From contig QXXX01000073.1 of NCBI GenBank assembly GCA_009887195.1, forward strand, positions 2,000 to 65,999: a stretch of DNA of 64,000 bases, in the 5' to 3' direction. This DNA comes from Candidatus Poseidoniales archaeon. Its GTDB lineage: Archaea; Thermoplasmatota; Poseidoniia; Poseidoniales; Poseidoniaceae. This document shows positions 9,403-19,847 of the stretch, in pieces. Under the pieces are notes generated by a model. It had not been told where the DNA came from. It did not search any database and saw only the letters and a list, made by a program, of their open reading frames with translations. Position 1 is the first letter of the stretch; each line of letters opens with the position of its first letter. Position numbers and translations under genes: made by a program.

Positions 9403-10437
9403 GTGGAAGCAAACCATTCTAAGTATGGCTTTTTTGAGTGGCTTGCCATTTTCATCGTTGTTTTTGCGGCAACTTCACTATATTTTTATTCACCAGAAGA
9501 GACTCAAAGCGAGGCGCATTTGACCGCATTATCGGGTACTATTGAATTATCTACTAGAGACTCAATGGACTCTTTTGGTCTCCAAGATTTCAAAACGGGG
9601 GCAATTGCAAATCTAAATCTGACAAGTTTTCCAGTTGTGGTAACAGACTGCGGAAATTGCAATGCCGAGATAACAGGGGTAACTCTACAAGGCGAGATAA
9701 TAATCACAGAATTATATGATTTCGAGAATAGAAAGGGTAGAGTAGAAGGTAAACTAAACTTCACCCACTTGATTTATCAATCATCGACAGATTACATCGA
9801 CCAAGAAAGAATTATTTTCAACTGGAATGCTGGGGATGTAGGCTCTTCCTGGGAGCTAATACTCAATCACAATCCGCCAAGATGGTTGCCGAGTCTTTCA
9901 GTAAATGCTAATTTCATTGAAACTTCGTTAGGAATAGAATCAAGATCAGGCCCTGAATTACTAATCAAGACGCCTGAGGATGGACTAAAGCTAATTCAAG
10001 CCTGCTTGCCGGATAGTTTTCTTTGCAAAAACACTGCACCAGATGCGACACTAATTGCTACTTTTGAGAAGGCTGTTTCGCCAATAGCCATAGCAGCGCC
10101 AACAAATTGGATTGAGCAAGATATCTCTAACCTCTCATCTTCCAGCCAAGACTTATCACTTATTGATGGAATAATCTCGGCTGAATTTCCATTAGCCAAT
10201 AACAACACTTTCATGGTGGCAAATACTGCAGCGATAGAACAAGCATCAACCTATCAATTAACATCAAACACCAGTTCATTAAGCCCTCTATCGGCTTGGT
10301 TTTCCGCAGTTGGTCTAACAACATTCGAGATTAAATTACATGGCAATATACTAGTTAAAACCCAAACCGAAAGTCATGAATGTTACAACATTTTAGATGC
10401 TAACGGAGGATTGAATATTGGCCTGTTGATTCAATAG
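9403..10437 (+). CDS. N-terminally anchored extracellular hypothetical protein
   Basis: 344-aa ORF, one N-terminal TM, beta-rich body with Cys pairs, CTCATGA box at -29. Confidence 0.75.
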   Translation: MEANHSKYGFFEWLAIFIVVFAATSLYFYSPEETQSEAHLTALSGTIELSTRDSMDSFGLQDFKTGAIANLNLTSFPVVVTDCGNCNAEITGVTLQGEIIITELYDFENRKGRVEGKLNFTHLIYQSSTDYIDQERIIFNWNAGDVGSSWELILNHNPPRWLPSLSVNANFIETSLGIESRSGPELLIKTPEDGLKLIQACLPDSFLCKNTAPDATLIATFEKAVSPIAIAAPTNWIEQDISNLSSSSQDLSLIDGIISAEFPLANNNTFMVANTAAIEQASTYQLTSNTSSLSPLSAWFSAVGLTTFEIKLHGNILVKTQTESHECYNILDANGGLNIGLLIQ

Positions 10438-10445
10438 ATGAAATT

Positions 10446-10470
10446 TTATAAATACAATTATTATTTATAA
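10446..10470. promoter_or_regulatory. 9-7-9 inverted repeat containing the TATA box of the giant surface-protein gene
   Basis: TTATAAATA-caattat-TATTTATAA. TTTATAA lies 28 nt before ATG 10492. AT-rich, so it could be chance. Confidence 0.4.
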
Positions 10471-10491
10471 TACCTATGAGATACAAATACC

Positions 10492-13400
10492 ATGCGAAAT
10501 AAGGCATTTTTGTTAATCTTAATTTTAATAACGATGACGGCCCAACCAATAGTTGCTAGCGATATTGCCCCAAATGCCACCTCTCCAACCAACCAAGACA
10601 CAATAAGCGTCGATGGATTTGTTACAACAAAATTCACCAGCATTGGCGACACGATTGAAATTTTTGCCAACACAAAAGGGCATTCAGGAAACGTTCAAAC
10701 AACATCAACTATAGTGACTGCCAACATCCTTCACTACCCGGATAATGATCCAATAGGAATCATAACCCAAGGCGAAACACCCCAAAACCCAGTAGTGATT
10801 GATACAGTTGTTATGCAACCAGATGGCTATCACGATGATTCTCAAGAAGTCATGGTTTGGTCAGGAACATATACCGTTCCTATCAATTCTCTTGGCGGAG
10901 TTTATGGTGCCAGTATCTCCATGGAAGAAGGCGGTTTGACGGCAACAGATAATCCAACCCAGATTCCTGATAAATTAGTTTCAGAGATTGAACAACTTCT
11001 CCAAACCATTGACGACACATGGGATTCAGCCAATCCAACTATGGATATGAAAGCAGTTTTCGACAATCTCAATTCATCAGGCACAAATAACGGCGGATGG
11101 ACACAATTTGTCAATGATGCAACACGCGGCTCTGGATTGGGTGGCAGCGCTCAATTGTGGAACAACATGCTTTCTGCAGGATATAATAATCCTGGATATG
11201 ACATGGTAGAAGGCGCTAAATTCCTCGAAGCTTTAATGGAGTTTCTTGAATCCTCGGATCTCGATGCCGGAATGGCTTTTTTGACCGGATTATTTGTGTA
11301 CGGTAATGAATTCCCACTTCCCAGAACAATCAACGATTTTAGTGATGTAGCAGACTATATCTCGTCATTTGATCCAATCGAAAACTTCACCAGATTCGCT
11401 GGAACAGAAGACTTCTCTGCAGCCTACGATGCCATGCTGGGCAGCAATGAGTGGCAAGAACTAGAAACAGCACTAGATAATCTAGCAGATAATACTGCAG
11501 TGTTCGAGTCAGTTCAAACAGTGCTTCGAAACATCGCCCTATTATCGGTTTCAATTCACCCTGAAGCAATAATTGCCGGCTTTGAAGCATGGGTTGAGCC
11601 ATTAGCGAATGATGATTATAACAACATGACACCATTCCAAAAGTTGGTTGTTAGTTGGTCTGAAATGGACGTTAATATTGTTGATGAAGACGGAGATGAG
11701 TTTCCTGATAACATAATTTGGGAATATGAATTACTGCTTAATACAACAGAAGGATTACAATGGCAGGCAAAAATGGAATCCTCTCATCAATATGTTGCAG
11801 ACGGATTTGACGACTTCAACATGTTTGATATTGAACTGCTCACAATACTTAGAGACACATTTGAGGACCCAACTTGGCAAGATGCCGGCGAGGCAGTTCA
11901 AGAGTTTTCTCAATGGGCTGCTAATGCCTCAATATCCCGTAATTTGGAATGGGAATATGATTGGGAGTCAGAAGAAGATGACTCCGACAACGACGACACA
12001 GAAGCCGACGACGATGACACCGACAGTTATCAGTATGTGATATTTGATAACCTACACCCGATACAAACATTCGAACTTAACAAATATCATCTAGACATTG
12101 GTTTTGAACTGAGAATTGATGGTGGTTTTAATGATAATGATTATCCAGATGATTTCAATATGACAGTAACTAACGATGAGGGTGATGTTACCAATGTTTT
12201 ATTGGTGCGAACACTTGGCTACTATAATTCATATTTTGGTAGATTTACTGCTGCCGATATTGGAGTAAATACCTACAGTTTTAGTCAACCATTGGAAACA
12301 TTCCGTCCGCCATGCGCCGATTATGGTTGTGTTATTGACCGAGCCGAGTTTGAATTTAAGACACTACAACCATCTTTGATAGAGTCAATGCCACTTGAGG
12401 TGATGGATGAGATTTTCCTAGTTTCAGCCGTGGGAGTAATTGTTGATCAGGATGAAACATTGTTGGTAAATGAGCCATACACCGTTGAAACAACCACTTA
12501 TGATGCCGTTGATGGGGCTCTATCTGGTGCCAATGTTGACGCCGCAATACTTCGCGTTTCACCAGGACTGGGCGCTTCTGCTGCGTCTACATTATCGGCA
12601 GATGGCGATCTTACAATCAATAGTGCTGAGCCATCAACCTTGACAGGAAATTATGGTGGAAGTGATGCCATTGACGTCTTGTCAGTTACTATTGAGCCGC
12701 GCACTCACGACTCTGAAGATGGAGAGTTGAGCGACGATCCGGCTGCCTTTTCAGGCAGCATAGACTACGCTGGCGATAGTACAACAGGCTGGGATTTGTC
12801 TGCGACATTAAGCGGACAGCATTCCCAATCAGACCGCGGAGTCGCAGTAATCACCACTAGCGGGGAAACAGCAGAAGGCTTAGAATTCTCTTTTACCAAT
12901 GAAATGCCATTACCAAGCACACCACCATGCACAATTACTACGGGCAATGAGGGGAGCTCTAATGAAATCGACCTTCAGATGCGTTGGAGAAACTACTACT
13001 ATGACACTGAGGATTACAGAGAGTACTTCGACCCTACAGAAACAGTTTCTTACACTATAGATTGGGGAGATGGTACAACCACTACCGACACTATTAGCAG
13101 TTCACATGCAGATTTTGGCGAAGATGGACAATATCAGACGTCACAAACCCATTACTACAATCCTTCCACGTCAGGGCAAGAATCGTATAATATTGTTATA
13201 GATTATGAATTTGAATATGGCGCCCACTACTATCATAGCATGGTTTACAAAGAAAACCATGGATTTGAGTATTATGATGAGGAAGGCAATATGTACTACG
13301 ATGGATGGTTTGCAACTAATGACGAGTGGCTCTACTGCCGTCTAAATGAACCAGATGCCTCGGCAACCCCTAGCGCATCAATAATCAACGAATTCATCAC

Positions 13401-15807
13401 CAACGGTCCATTTGAAGTTATGACTCAACAGGTTTCTACCTCCGATGTCGATGGGAAGTCTTCGCTAACCATCACCCCACCGCACACAGGTGCCTATGTT
13501 TCAATAGTTCAATCTGAAGTAATCCGTGCTACTGATGGGGAAACACTGACCGGCATTGGACTAAATTTCGGTCTAGCAACACAAGGCAGTATTCGAATAA
13601 GTAACCTAGATGTAATTGATTACTTCTCAGGCTTGCCAGTATATGCCGCTAATACCAGCCAATCAACACAGTCGGTAACTGTGGAGGCAACGGGAATATC
13701 AAATACTCATCATAAGACTACTATTGGACATTTGCCATTGGACTTATCGGTAGCATTCGAAGATGTTTCGTGGGCAGCTGAGCCTAATATCCAAGACATC
13801 ACATTCAATCCAGGAGAAACCAGCCGTAGCGTACAATTAACTCATGGAGCGCCGCTGTCGCTGATTGGTATTTTCTCTACGGAATCAGACCCGCAGGGCG
13901 AAGTAAGCACCGATCAAACCTTATCACCCCTGGCCGTTCATTTTGGTTTGATACTTCACAACCCGCAAGAATTAGCCATCAATGGAGCCCTTGGCCCTGG
14001 ACAGACTACGAATATTGCGTTATCAGAATCTATTGAGCAGGCCAATAGAATCCTTGCTGTAGCGTCACCAAGCCATGGCTTTGACCCAGCGACTGTTGAT
14101 TTCTCGACCATTACCGAATTGATTTCAAATGAAGCATTAAGGCCAGCAACCGATTGGCCAGGTGTTGAAGAAAATATAGTTTCAGTTTGTGAAGAGATTG
14201 ACCATTACGGCGATCATGAATGGAACCCGGAAACGGAGAGTCGTGAGCCAATGCTCAAGATAACCGTGCGTCACGGATCCGATGCTATCCAATATGGTAA
14301 CTATGAAGGATACAGTTTTTCCATGACTAATCATGAGTTAGTGCACGTTGAAACTGGCCAAAGTTATGACCATCTGCCTCTAAGCAGTAGTAATAATGGG
14401 CAACCTCAAACATCAATTAGACTTAATTATCCTACTTCTGAAATGCCGACTGGAACATATTCGTTCAACACTGAGACTTCCTTGGATTCATCAGTGGAAC
14501 TAGAGTTACATGACCCATACGGTCCAAGCTATGACGAATCAGATAATCAAGAGGAGTGCGAAAACAATCTAGACTTAACCGATACAGAAAGTTTCGATAT
14601 GTTCGACAAGTATGTTACTAGATTTAGCACAATTGCCTGGGGGCAAGGGTCAAGCGCTGACTTGGAATTACCATATCTGTCTTCACCAGTTTCAGAGTAT
14701 ACTGTTATTGCAATTGCCCAACAAGGCTCAGGTCAGTCTGCCAATTTAGTTTCTGCAATTAGCACCACGCTCTCAGTTCCAAATCCTGAACCACCGGCAA
14801 TGGAAAACCTTTCACTAGTTTTCTCACCATCAAACCCTGCACCAGGGGACATCGTACTAGTGACTATCACTGACGAGTCAAACAACCCTGTTGAAGGATT
14901 ATCAATCACAGTTGTTAGAGGCGATGAAACATTAACCAGCCTTCTTAGCAATGAAAACGGCCAAAACTCCTTCCCAATACTTGTTGGCGATATCACCATT
15001 AGAGTCTCTGGCGGACAGTATTATCCTGTAGAGATTTCTCTTCAAGTGGACCAAGACGGGATTGATGATGATGACGGATTGCCCGGCGATAGAGACGCTG
15101 ACGGTTATGGTGACCTGTTGGATGCCTTCCCCGATGACTCAAGCGAGTGGTTTGATACAGATTTGGATAATATCGGCAATAATGCAGATACTGACGATGA
15201 CTCAGACGGTATACTGGATGACCAGGAATTACTGTCTAACCCACAAACTAATCCACTAAAAGCGGATACCGATAACGATGGTTATTGCGACGGAGCCATT
15301 GACGTCTTCCAAATGTGCGTCGGTGGAGATTTATTCCCAATCGACTCATCAGAATGGGCTGACTCGGACAATGACGGAATTGGCGATAACTCAGACCCAA
15401 CACCGTTCGGGGATATTGACGATAATCAAAATAACCAAAACGGCACGGGAGATCTTACCGATAACAGTACGGATTCGCAACAAGATTCGGAGTCCGAATC
15501 GTCTGATTCAACGTCCAATAGCATGGTATTAATTGGCGGCTCAATAGGGCTGATTGTAATACTAATCGCGGTTGGATTGTTTATTACATTACGTAATAGA
15601 GGTGACGAAGTTGATGAAAAACAATTTGCTAAAGAAGAGGAATTATTTGATACAGTATCCCCAACAATTGCTGCAACCCCTTCAACGCCTCCAATTACTG
15701 CTAGAGGAGAAATGCATGATGGTTATGAAGCCATACAATTCCCTGCAGGCTCTGGCAATTGGTTCTATCGAGACCCGACAACAGGGTCCTGGGTCGAATG
15801 GCGCTGA
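10492..15807 (+). CDS. Giant acidic secreted/surface protein (PKD-like segment, Ca-binding TSP3-like repeats, C-terminal TM and cytoplasmic tail)
   Basis: 1771 aa. Signal peptide, YTIDWGDG, DxDxDG repeats at about 15087-15400, TM at about 15523-15591, tail DGYEAIQFPAGSGNWFYRDPTTGSWVEW. Confidence 0.85.
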   Translation: MRNKAFLLILILITMTAQPIVASDIAPNATSPTNQDTISVDGFVTTKFTSIGDTIEIFANTKGHSGNVQTTSTIVTANILHYPDNDPIGIITQGETPQNPVVIDTVVMQPDGYHDDSQEVMVWSGTYTVPINSLGGVYGASISMEEGGLTATDNPTQIPDKLVSEIEQLLQTIDDTWDSANPTMDMKAVFDNLNSSGTNNGGWTQFVNDATRGSGLGGSAQLWNNMLSAGYNNPGYDMVEGAKFLEALMEFLESSDLDAGMAFLTGLFVYGNEFPLPRTINDFSDVADYISSFDPIENFTRFAGTEDFSAAYDAMLGSNEWQELETALDNLADNTAVFESVQTVLRNIALLSVSIHPEAIIAGFEAWVEPLANDDYNNMTPFQKLVVSWSEMDVNIVDEDGDEFPDNIIWEYELLLNTTEGLQWQAKMESSHQYVADGFDDFNMFDIELLTILRDTFEDPTWQDAGEAVQEFSQWAANASISRNLEWEYDWESEEDDSDNDDTEADDDDTDSYQYVIFDNLHPIQTFELNKYHLDIGFELRIDGGFNDNDYPDDFNMTVTNDEGDVTNVLLVRTLGYYNSYFGRFTAADIGVNTYSFSQPLETFRPPCADYGCVIDRAEFEFKTLQPSLIESMPLEVMDEIFLVSAVGVIVDQDETLLVNEPYTVETTTYDAVDGALSGANVDAAILRVSPGLGASAASTLSADGDLTINSAEPSTLTGNYGGSDAIDVLSVTIEPRTHDSEDGELSDDPAAFSGSIDYAGDSTTGWDLSATLSGQHSQSDRGVAVITTSGETAEGLEFSFTNEMPLPSTPPCTITTGNEGSSNEIDLQMRWRNYYYDTEDYREYFDPTETVSYTIDWGDGTTTTDTISSSHADFGEDGQYQTSQTHYYNPSTSGQESYNIVIDYEFEYGAHYYHSMVYKENHGFEYYDEEGNMYYDGWFATNDEWLYCRLNEPDASATPSASIINEFITNGPFEVMTQQVSTSDVDGKSSLTITPPHTGAYVSIVQSEVIRATDGETLTGIGLNFGLATQGSIRISNLDVIDYFSGLPVYAANTSQSTQSVTVEATGISNTHHKTTIGHLPLDLSVAFEDVSWAAEPNIQDITFNPGETSRSVQLTHGAPLSLIGIFSTESDPQGEVSTDQTLSPLAVHFGLILHNPQELAINGALGPGQTTNIALSESIEQANRILAVASPSHGFDPATVDFSTITELISNEALRPATDWPGVEENIVSVCEEIDHYGDHEWNPETESREPMLKITVRHGSDAIQYGNYEGYSFSMTNHELVHVETGQSYDHLPLSSSNNGQPQTSIRLNYPTSEMPTGTYSFNTETSLDSSVELELHDPYGPSYDESDNQEECENNLDLTDTESFDMFDKYVTRFSTIAWGQGSSADLELPYLSSPVSEYTVIAIAQQGSGQSANLVSAISTTLSVPNPEPPAMENLSLVFSPSNPAPGDIVLVTITDESNNPVEGLSITVVRGDETLTSLLSNENGQNSFPILVGDITIRVSGGQYYPVEISLQVDQDGIDDDDGLPGDRDADGYGDLLDAFPDDSSEWFDTDLDNIGNNADTDDDSDGILDDQELLSNPQTNPLKADTDNDGYCDGAIDVFQMCVGGDLFPIDSSEWADSDNDGIGDNSDPTPFGDIDDNQNNQNGTGDLTDNSTDSQQDSESESSDSTSNSMVLIGGSIGLIVILIAVGLFITLRNRGDEVDEKQFAKEEELFDTVSPTIAATPSTPPITARGEMHDGYEAIQFPAGSGNWFYRDPTTGSWVEWR

Positions 15808-15828
15808 AGTTAATCACTGAGTGATGTT

Positions 15829-18018
15829 ATGGGCGCCAAGAGGATGAAATTAATTGTATTAATTTCATTGTGTATCCTTAGCCTGCCCGCAATAATCTCC
15901 CCTCCTCAAACCTCGATGGCTACTGAAGCAATCTTTGAAGACCCAGCAATGCAGAGAATAAAATCAGAAGGTAATGACTCAACCATTTCAGCATATCTAA
16001 TCATTCGAGTTCAACACGAAGACTTAGGTCCGCTAACCAGCAACTTCTCACGCGTTGAGCAATTGTACAATATAGAGCAAGAAGCACGCACATCTACCGA
16101 TTCAAATTACTCATTTGATTCGAATAAAGTCTATATTAAGCGTCTTGAAACCCCCTTTTCAGCTTGGGAAGGCGCATTTAATACGCGCAATAAGAGCTTG
16201 GCTAATGCAGCCAGTTGGGGGGAAGTTCTGCAGCCAACCAATGAAGAAGGGTGGTGCTCAGAGGAGGCAAATGCTGCCGAAAACAACGCCCTTCAGGCCA
16301 CTTTACTTTTGCTGCCCAAGGAATCTAACATCGGAGTGGCATGTCCAGAATTTGCTGGAGCATCGGCAACCCAACCCCCTCAGGCCAATGAATTGTTATG
16401 GTTAATTTGGCTTGATTCCAGTGAAAAACCAGTAGATTGGTCTGAACTATCGATTTGGTGCGAAAAGATTTCTGCTAATTCGGAGTTTAACTTTGAGCCG
16501 GCCGGTGTCAATATGCTGTTTAAGGAAGCAGAACTGATCGCCAAGGACGACTTATCGAAAATCTTACCAATAACTGCGGTTATTTTGCTGGCAATTTTGT
16601 GGTTGTTTTTCAGAGACATCCAGATTACATTAATGACTCTAGGTTCGGTTGTGTTGGTCGTTTTGGCAGTAATTGGTTTTCTTCAATTATTTGATTACCA
16701 ATTTTCAGTTATTGACGGTATTGCAATTCCTATTATAATGGGAGTAGCGGTTGATGGGGCATTCTGGTATAAATCTTCGAACAAACCAACTAAAGAGGTG
16801 AGGGAGATATTGCTATTGGCAATGGCAACAACGGTTGCTGCGGTGTCTCTAGCGCTTTTTTCACCCATTAAAGCCCAACGTGGCCTTGCCCTGGTGATGA
16901 TTATCGGGATTGTCTTTGATTGGCTACTTACTAGGTTTGTGCTAGAGGAATATTACCTCAAATTCCGAACTGCACCAATAGTTAACGATGGGGTAAATTT
17001 TTCTTCTGAAAATAAAATAAAATGGGGCTGGCCAGTGGCGCTACTTACCTTAGTGATGATTGCTGTAACATCTCCTACCGGTGTTGAGGCGCTAGATATC
17101 AACCAATTCTTGCCCGAGGATAGTGAATCACTGGATGAACTTAGTGAACTTAGGGACATGTACGTCATAGCATCTAGTACGATTGTATTCATCACCTTCG
17201 ATTTAGACAACGCGGATTCCCGTGAATTAAGTAATCTAAATAATTTCAAACAACAATTTGTTCAACACCCCAATATCATTGCCTATGACACCGGCCTATC
17301 AAGAGAGATACTAGTGTTGGGCCTGGACGATATAAGCGGAGATTCTAGCTTTGATGACCTCTATGACAGTACAACTGAATCAATTTTGGTCAAAGACCCA
17401 TGGCTAAGAGTTGATGGAGAGGTCACAGGGGCGTTTATCCTTGCAGTGATTGATGGCGAGAATGCTCAATCAGCTTACCAATTTTCTCTTGATACTCAGG
17501 ATTTACTCGATGATAATGACTTGTCTGGAGAGATTGGTGGGGATTTAATCACCGGAATTAGTTTGGCAAAATCATTTGAACAGACACGAATTTTGCAGAT
17601 AATTTTTGCTGGAATAATAGTCTTCACGATTTCTCGGGCAATGACCGGTTCAACCAATCGAGCCGCAAGAATAGCGGTTGGTACAATAGCCGTTGGTATT
17701 GCAGTTGATGGACTGGCCAGCCATCTTGGCGGCAGAGGCGTTAATACCGCTCCAGCAGTATTACTTGGCATGGGATTTGCCGCTGACTATCTATCCCATG
17801 CAAGTGATAAAATCACCTCTTGGAAATTTGATAATATGGCGCGGTGGGGTGCAGCAATCACTTCTTGCAGCGTCTTTTTCGTAGTATCATTTAGCAAATT
17901 CCCACCGGCAAAGGATACCGGGGTTTTACTTACTTTAACTATCATAATTTCGGTATTTCTCGCCACCCTACTCTCAACAGTTTCCCATGAGGGGGCAATT
18001 AAGCAACAGGAAGAGTAG
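15829..18018 (+). CDS. MMPL/RND-family transporter
   Basis: Two repeats of (TM + extracellular loop + about 5 TM), with GVAVDG and GFAADY motifs. Confidence 0.8.
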   Translation: MGAKRMKLIVLISLCILSLPAIISPPQTSMATEAIFEDPAMQRIKSEGNDSTISAYLIIRVQHEDLGPLTSNFSRVEQLYNIEQEARTSTDSNYSFDSNKVYIKRLETPFSAWEGAFNTRNKSLANAASWGEVLQPTNEEGWCSEEANAAENNALQATLLLLPKESNIGVACPEFAGASATQPPQANELLWLIWLDSSEKPVDWSELSIWCEKISANSEFNFEPAGVNMLFKEAELIAKDDLSKILPITAVILLAILWLFFRDIQITLMTLGSVVLVVLAVIGFLQLFDYQFSVIDGIAIPIIMGVAVDGAFWYKSSNKPTKEVREILLLAMATTVAAVSLALFSPIKAQRGLALVMIIGIVFDWLLTRFVLEEYYLKFRTAPIVNDGVNFSSENKIKWGWPVALLTLVMIAVTSPTGVEALDINQFLPEDSESLDELSELRDMYVIASSTIVFITFDLDNADSRELSNLNNFKQQFVQHPNIIAYDTGLSREILVLGLDDISGDSSFDDLYDSTTESILVKDPWLRVDGEVTGAFILAVIDGENAQSAYQFSLDTQDLLDDNDLSGEIGGDLITGISLAKSFEQTRILQIIFAGIIVFTISRAMTGSTNRAARIAVGTIAVGIAVDGLASHLGGRGVNTAPAVLLGMGFAADYLSHASDKITSWKFDNMARWGAAITSCSVFFVVSFSKFPPAKDTGVLLTLTIIISVFLATLLSTVSHEGAIKQQEE

Positions 18019-18055
18019 CCAATAGTTATATCAAAATGAATAGTGAGCAAAGAAC

Positions 18056-18619
18056 ATGAGCCCCCTATTCGAGATGGACCAATATCTTATCCAAACAAAA
18101 TTTTTACGAATTCTTGGTGGAGCTTTTTGGTTTAAAGATCTACAAGGAAACGTTGTTGCTTACTCCAAACAAAAGCGTTTCAAAATTAAAGAAGACATTG
18201 TATTGTATGCTGATGAGTCATGTACCGTAGCCCTATTACAAATTAAAGCCAGAAGCGTCCTTGATTTAGCTGCAACCTACGATGTTTTTGATTTGTCAAC
18301 CAATGAACACATTGGCTCAGTCAAGAGAAATTTCATGAAGTCAATAATCAAAGATAGTTGGAAACTACTAGACGTTGAAGGAAATCAATACGGCGAATTA
18401 ATTGAAGACAGTATTGCTATTCTGCGCCGATTTATACCACTTATCCCAGCTAAATTTCACTTTGAAATTCCCGGCCACGAAGGTATAACCATTCACCAAC
18501 AATTTAACCCAATTATCAGAAAGTCGTTGTTAACAATACCACCAGGTCACCCAATGGATAGAAGAATGATTGCAGCCATTACGCTACTTAATTCCGCTAT
18601 TGAAGGCCGACAAGGCTAA
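18056..18619 (+). CDS. LURP-one/Tubby-C (scramblase-like) protein
   Basis: Repeated beta motifs (KQKRFKIKEDI, IGSVKRNFMKSIIKDSW) and a terminal buried helix DRRMIAAITLL. Confidence 0.75.
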   Translation: MSPLFEMDQYLIQTKFLRILGGAFWFKDLQGNVVAYSKQKRFKIKEDIVLYADESCTVALLQIKARSVLDLAATYDVFDLSTNEHIGSVKRNFMKSIIKDSWKLLDVEGNQYGELIEDSIAILRRFIPLIPAKFHFEIPGHEGITIHQQFNPIIRKSLLTIPPGHPMDRRMIAAITLLNSAIEGRQG

Positions 18620-18673
18620 TCAAGCAAACCATCCAAACAATGGTTTCATGCTTAATCACAGTTTAGCATTGCC

Positions 18674-19804
18674 GTGGCGCGAGTAATAATTGTCGGGGCG
18701 GGGATTGCTGGCTTATCCGCGGCAATACATGCATCATCATATGGACACCACGTTGTTTTGCTGGAAAAGTCCTCACGCATAGGCGGGCGAGGCACATCAC
18801 AAAATGTCGACGGATTTTCACTCCATTACGGCCCCCATTTACTAGATAAAAAGGGTCCATTCTACCAATTATGCCACAAGCTAAGCAGAACGAAACTCTC
18901 ATTGAAGCCTCTGCGATTAGACAAAATTGAAGCAGCAGGTCATGGTTTAATTCGACCAACAGGCAATATCAAACAAGCAGCCGAAAATCTCCGAGCCTTG
19001 AGAACTCAAGATGCGGCAAATCCCTACTTTCAAGCCACAAACTTCCTCACTAACTGGGGCGGTAAGGATAATCAAAAACGTATCAAATCACTTCGCAAGG
19101 GCAAGCTGTGTATTTCAAACGAAGGATGGATTGGTTTGGTAGGCAGGCTTGGTGCGGCTTTAGATGAAATAGGCGTGTTAATCGAAACAAAATGTGAGGT
19201 GGCCACCATTAATGAAAATAAAATTTGTTTAACCGACGGCCGAGAGGTTGAATGCGATGCAGTAATACTGGCGTGTGGAGTGAACATGGCTAAACAATTG
19301 CTCGAAACCGTGGACGAGGATTTAGCTAGGCGGAAATTTGCTAATCTTAGTAAAATCACTGCCAGCTTTATCGAGGCCGGCATTGCCTCAAAACCAATGG
19401 CGGGTAAACATGCAATCGTTGATTCAGGTAACAAAATGGCAGTATTTGATAATATTGCAATCCAACCTAGACTTGGCGCTAGTGGGTCACATATTTCCGC
19501 AATTGCTGTTGGCGGATTAAACGGCGCTGATAAAGTATACCAATCAGCAAAACAACGTTCAGCAAAGTTAGCAGATTTTCTCGATAAACACATTTCTGGT
19601 TGGCAAGATAATATCGTTACAGATCTGCGCCAATCTAGTATTATTGTAAGTTATCAGGGCAGCGTGGATGGGAGTATTTTTGCCAAAAACAATATTTTAC
19701 TCGCCGGCCAGTGGGTAAGTTCAGATTATGTTCTTTCAGATGCTGCAGCAGATACTGGTAAAAGTGCTGCTAAGAGAGTAACGGACCTCCATCCAACAAA
19801 ATGA
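18674..19804 (+). CDS. FAD-dependent oxidoreductase (phytoene desaturase/amine oxidase-like)
   Basis: GAGIAGL, LEKSSRIGGR, GFSLHYGPH, LAGQW. Confidence 0.8.
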   Translation: MARVIIVGAGIAGLSAAIHASSYGHHVVLLEKSSRIGGRGTSQNVDGFSLHYGPHLLDKKGPFYQLCHKLSRTKLSLKPLRLDKIEAAGHGLIRPTGNIKQAAENLRALRTQDAANPYFQATNFLTNWGGKDNQKRIKSLRKGKLCISNEGWIGLVGRLGAALDEIGVLIETKCEVATINENKICLTDGREVECDAVILACGVNMAKQLLETVDEDLARRKFANLSKITASFIEAGIASKPMAGKHAIVDSGNKMAVFDNIAIQPRLGASGSHISAIAVGGLNGADKVYQSAKQRSAKLADFLDKHISGWQDNIVTDLRQSSIIVSYQGSVDGSIFAKNNILLAGQWVSSDYVLSDAAADTGKSAAKRVTDLHPTK

Positions 19805-19847
19805 TGGATATGAAATCGTTATTCACTGCCGGCTTGACCGGTAAACC

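Noticed and set aside
15087-15400. DxDxDG repeats as a DNA-level repeat element
   Set aside because: Protein-level Ca-binding repeats with divergent codons.
16416-16429. ORB-like TTCCAGTGAAAAAC (another partial match near 36219-36229 on the minus strand)
   Set aside because: Inside coding sequence, imperfect, no G-string.
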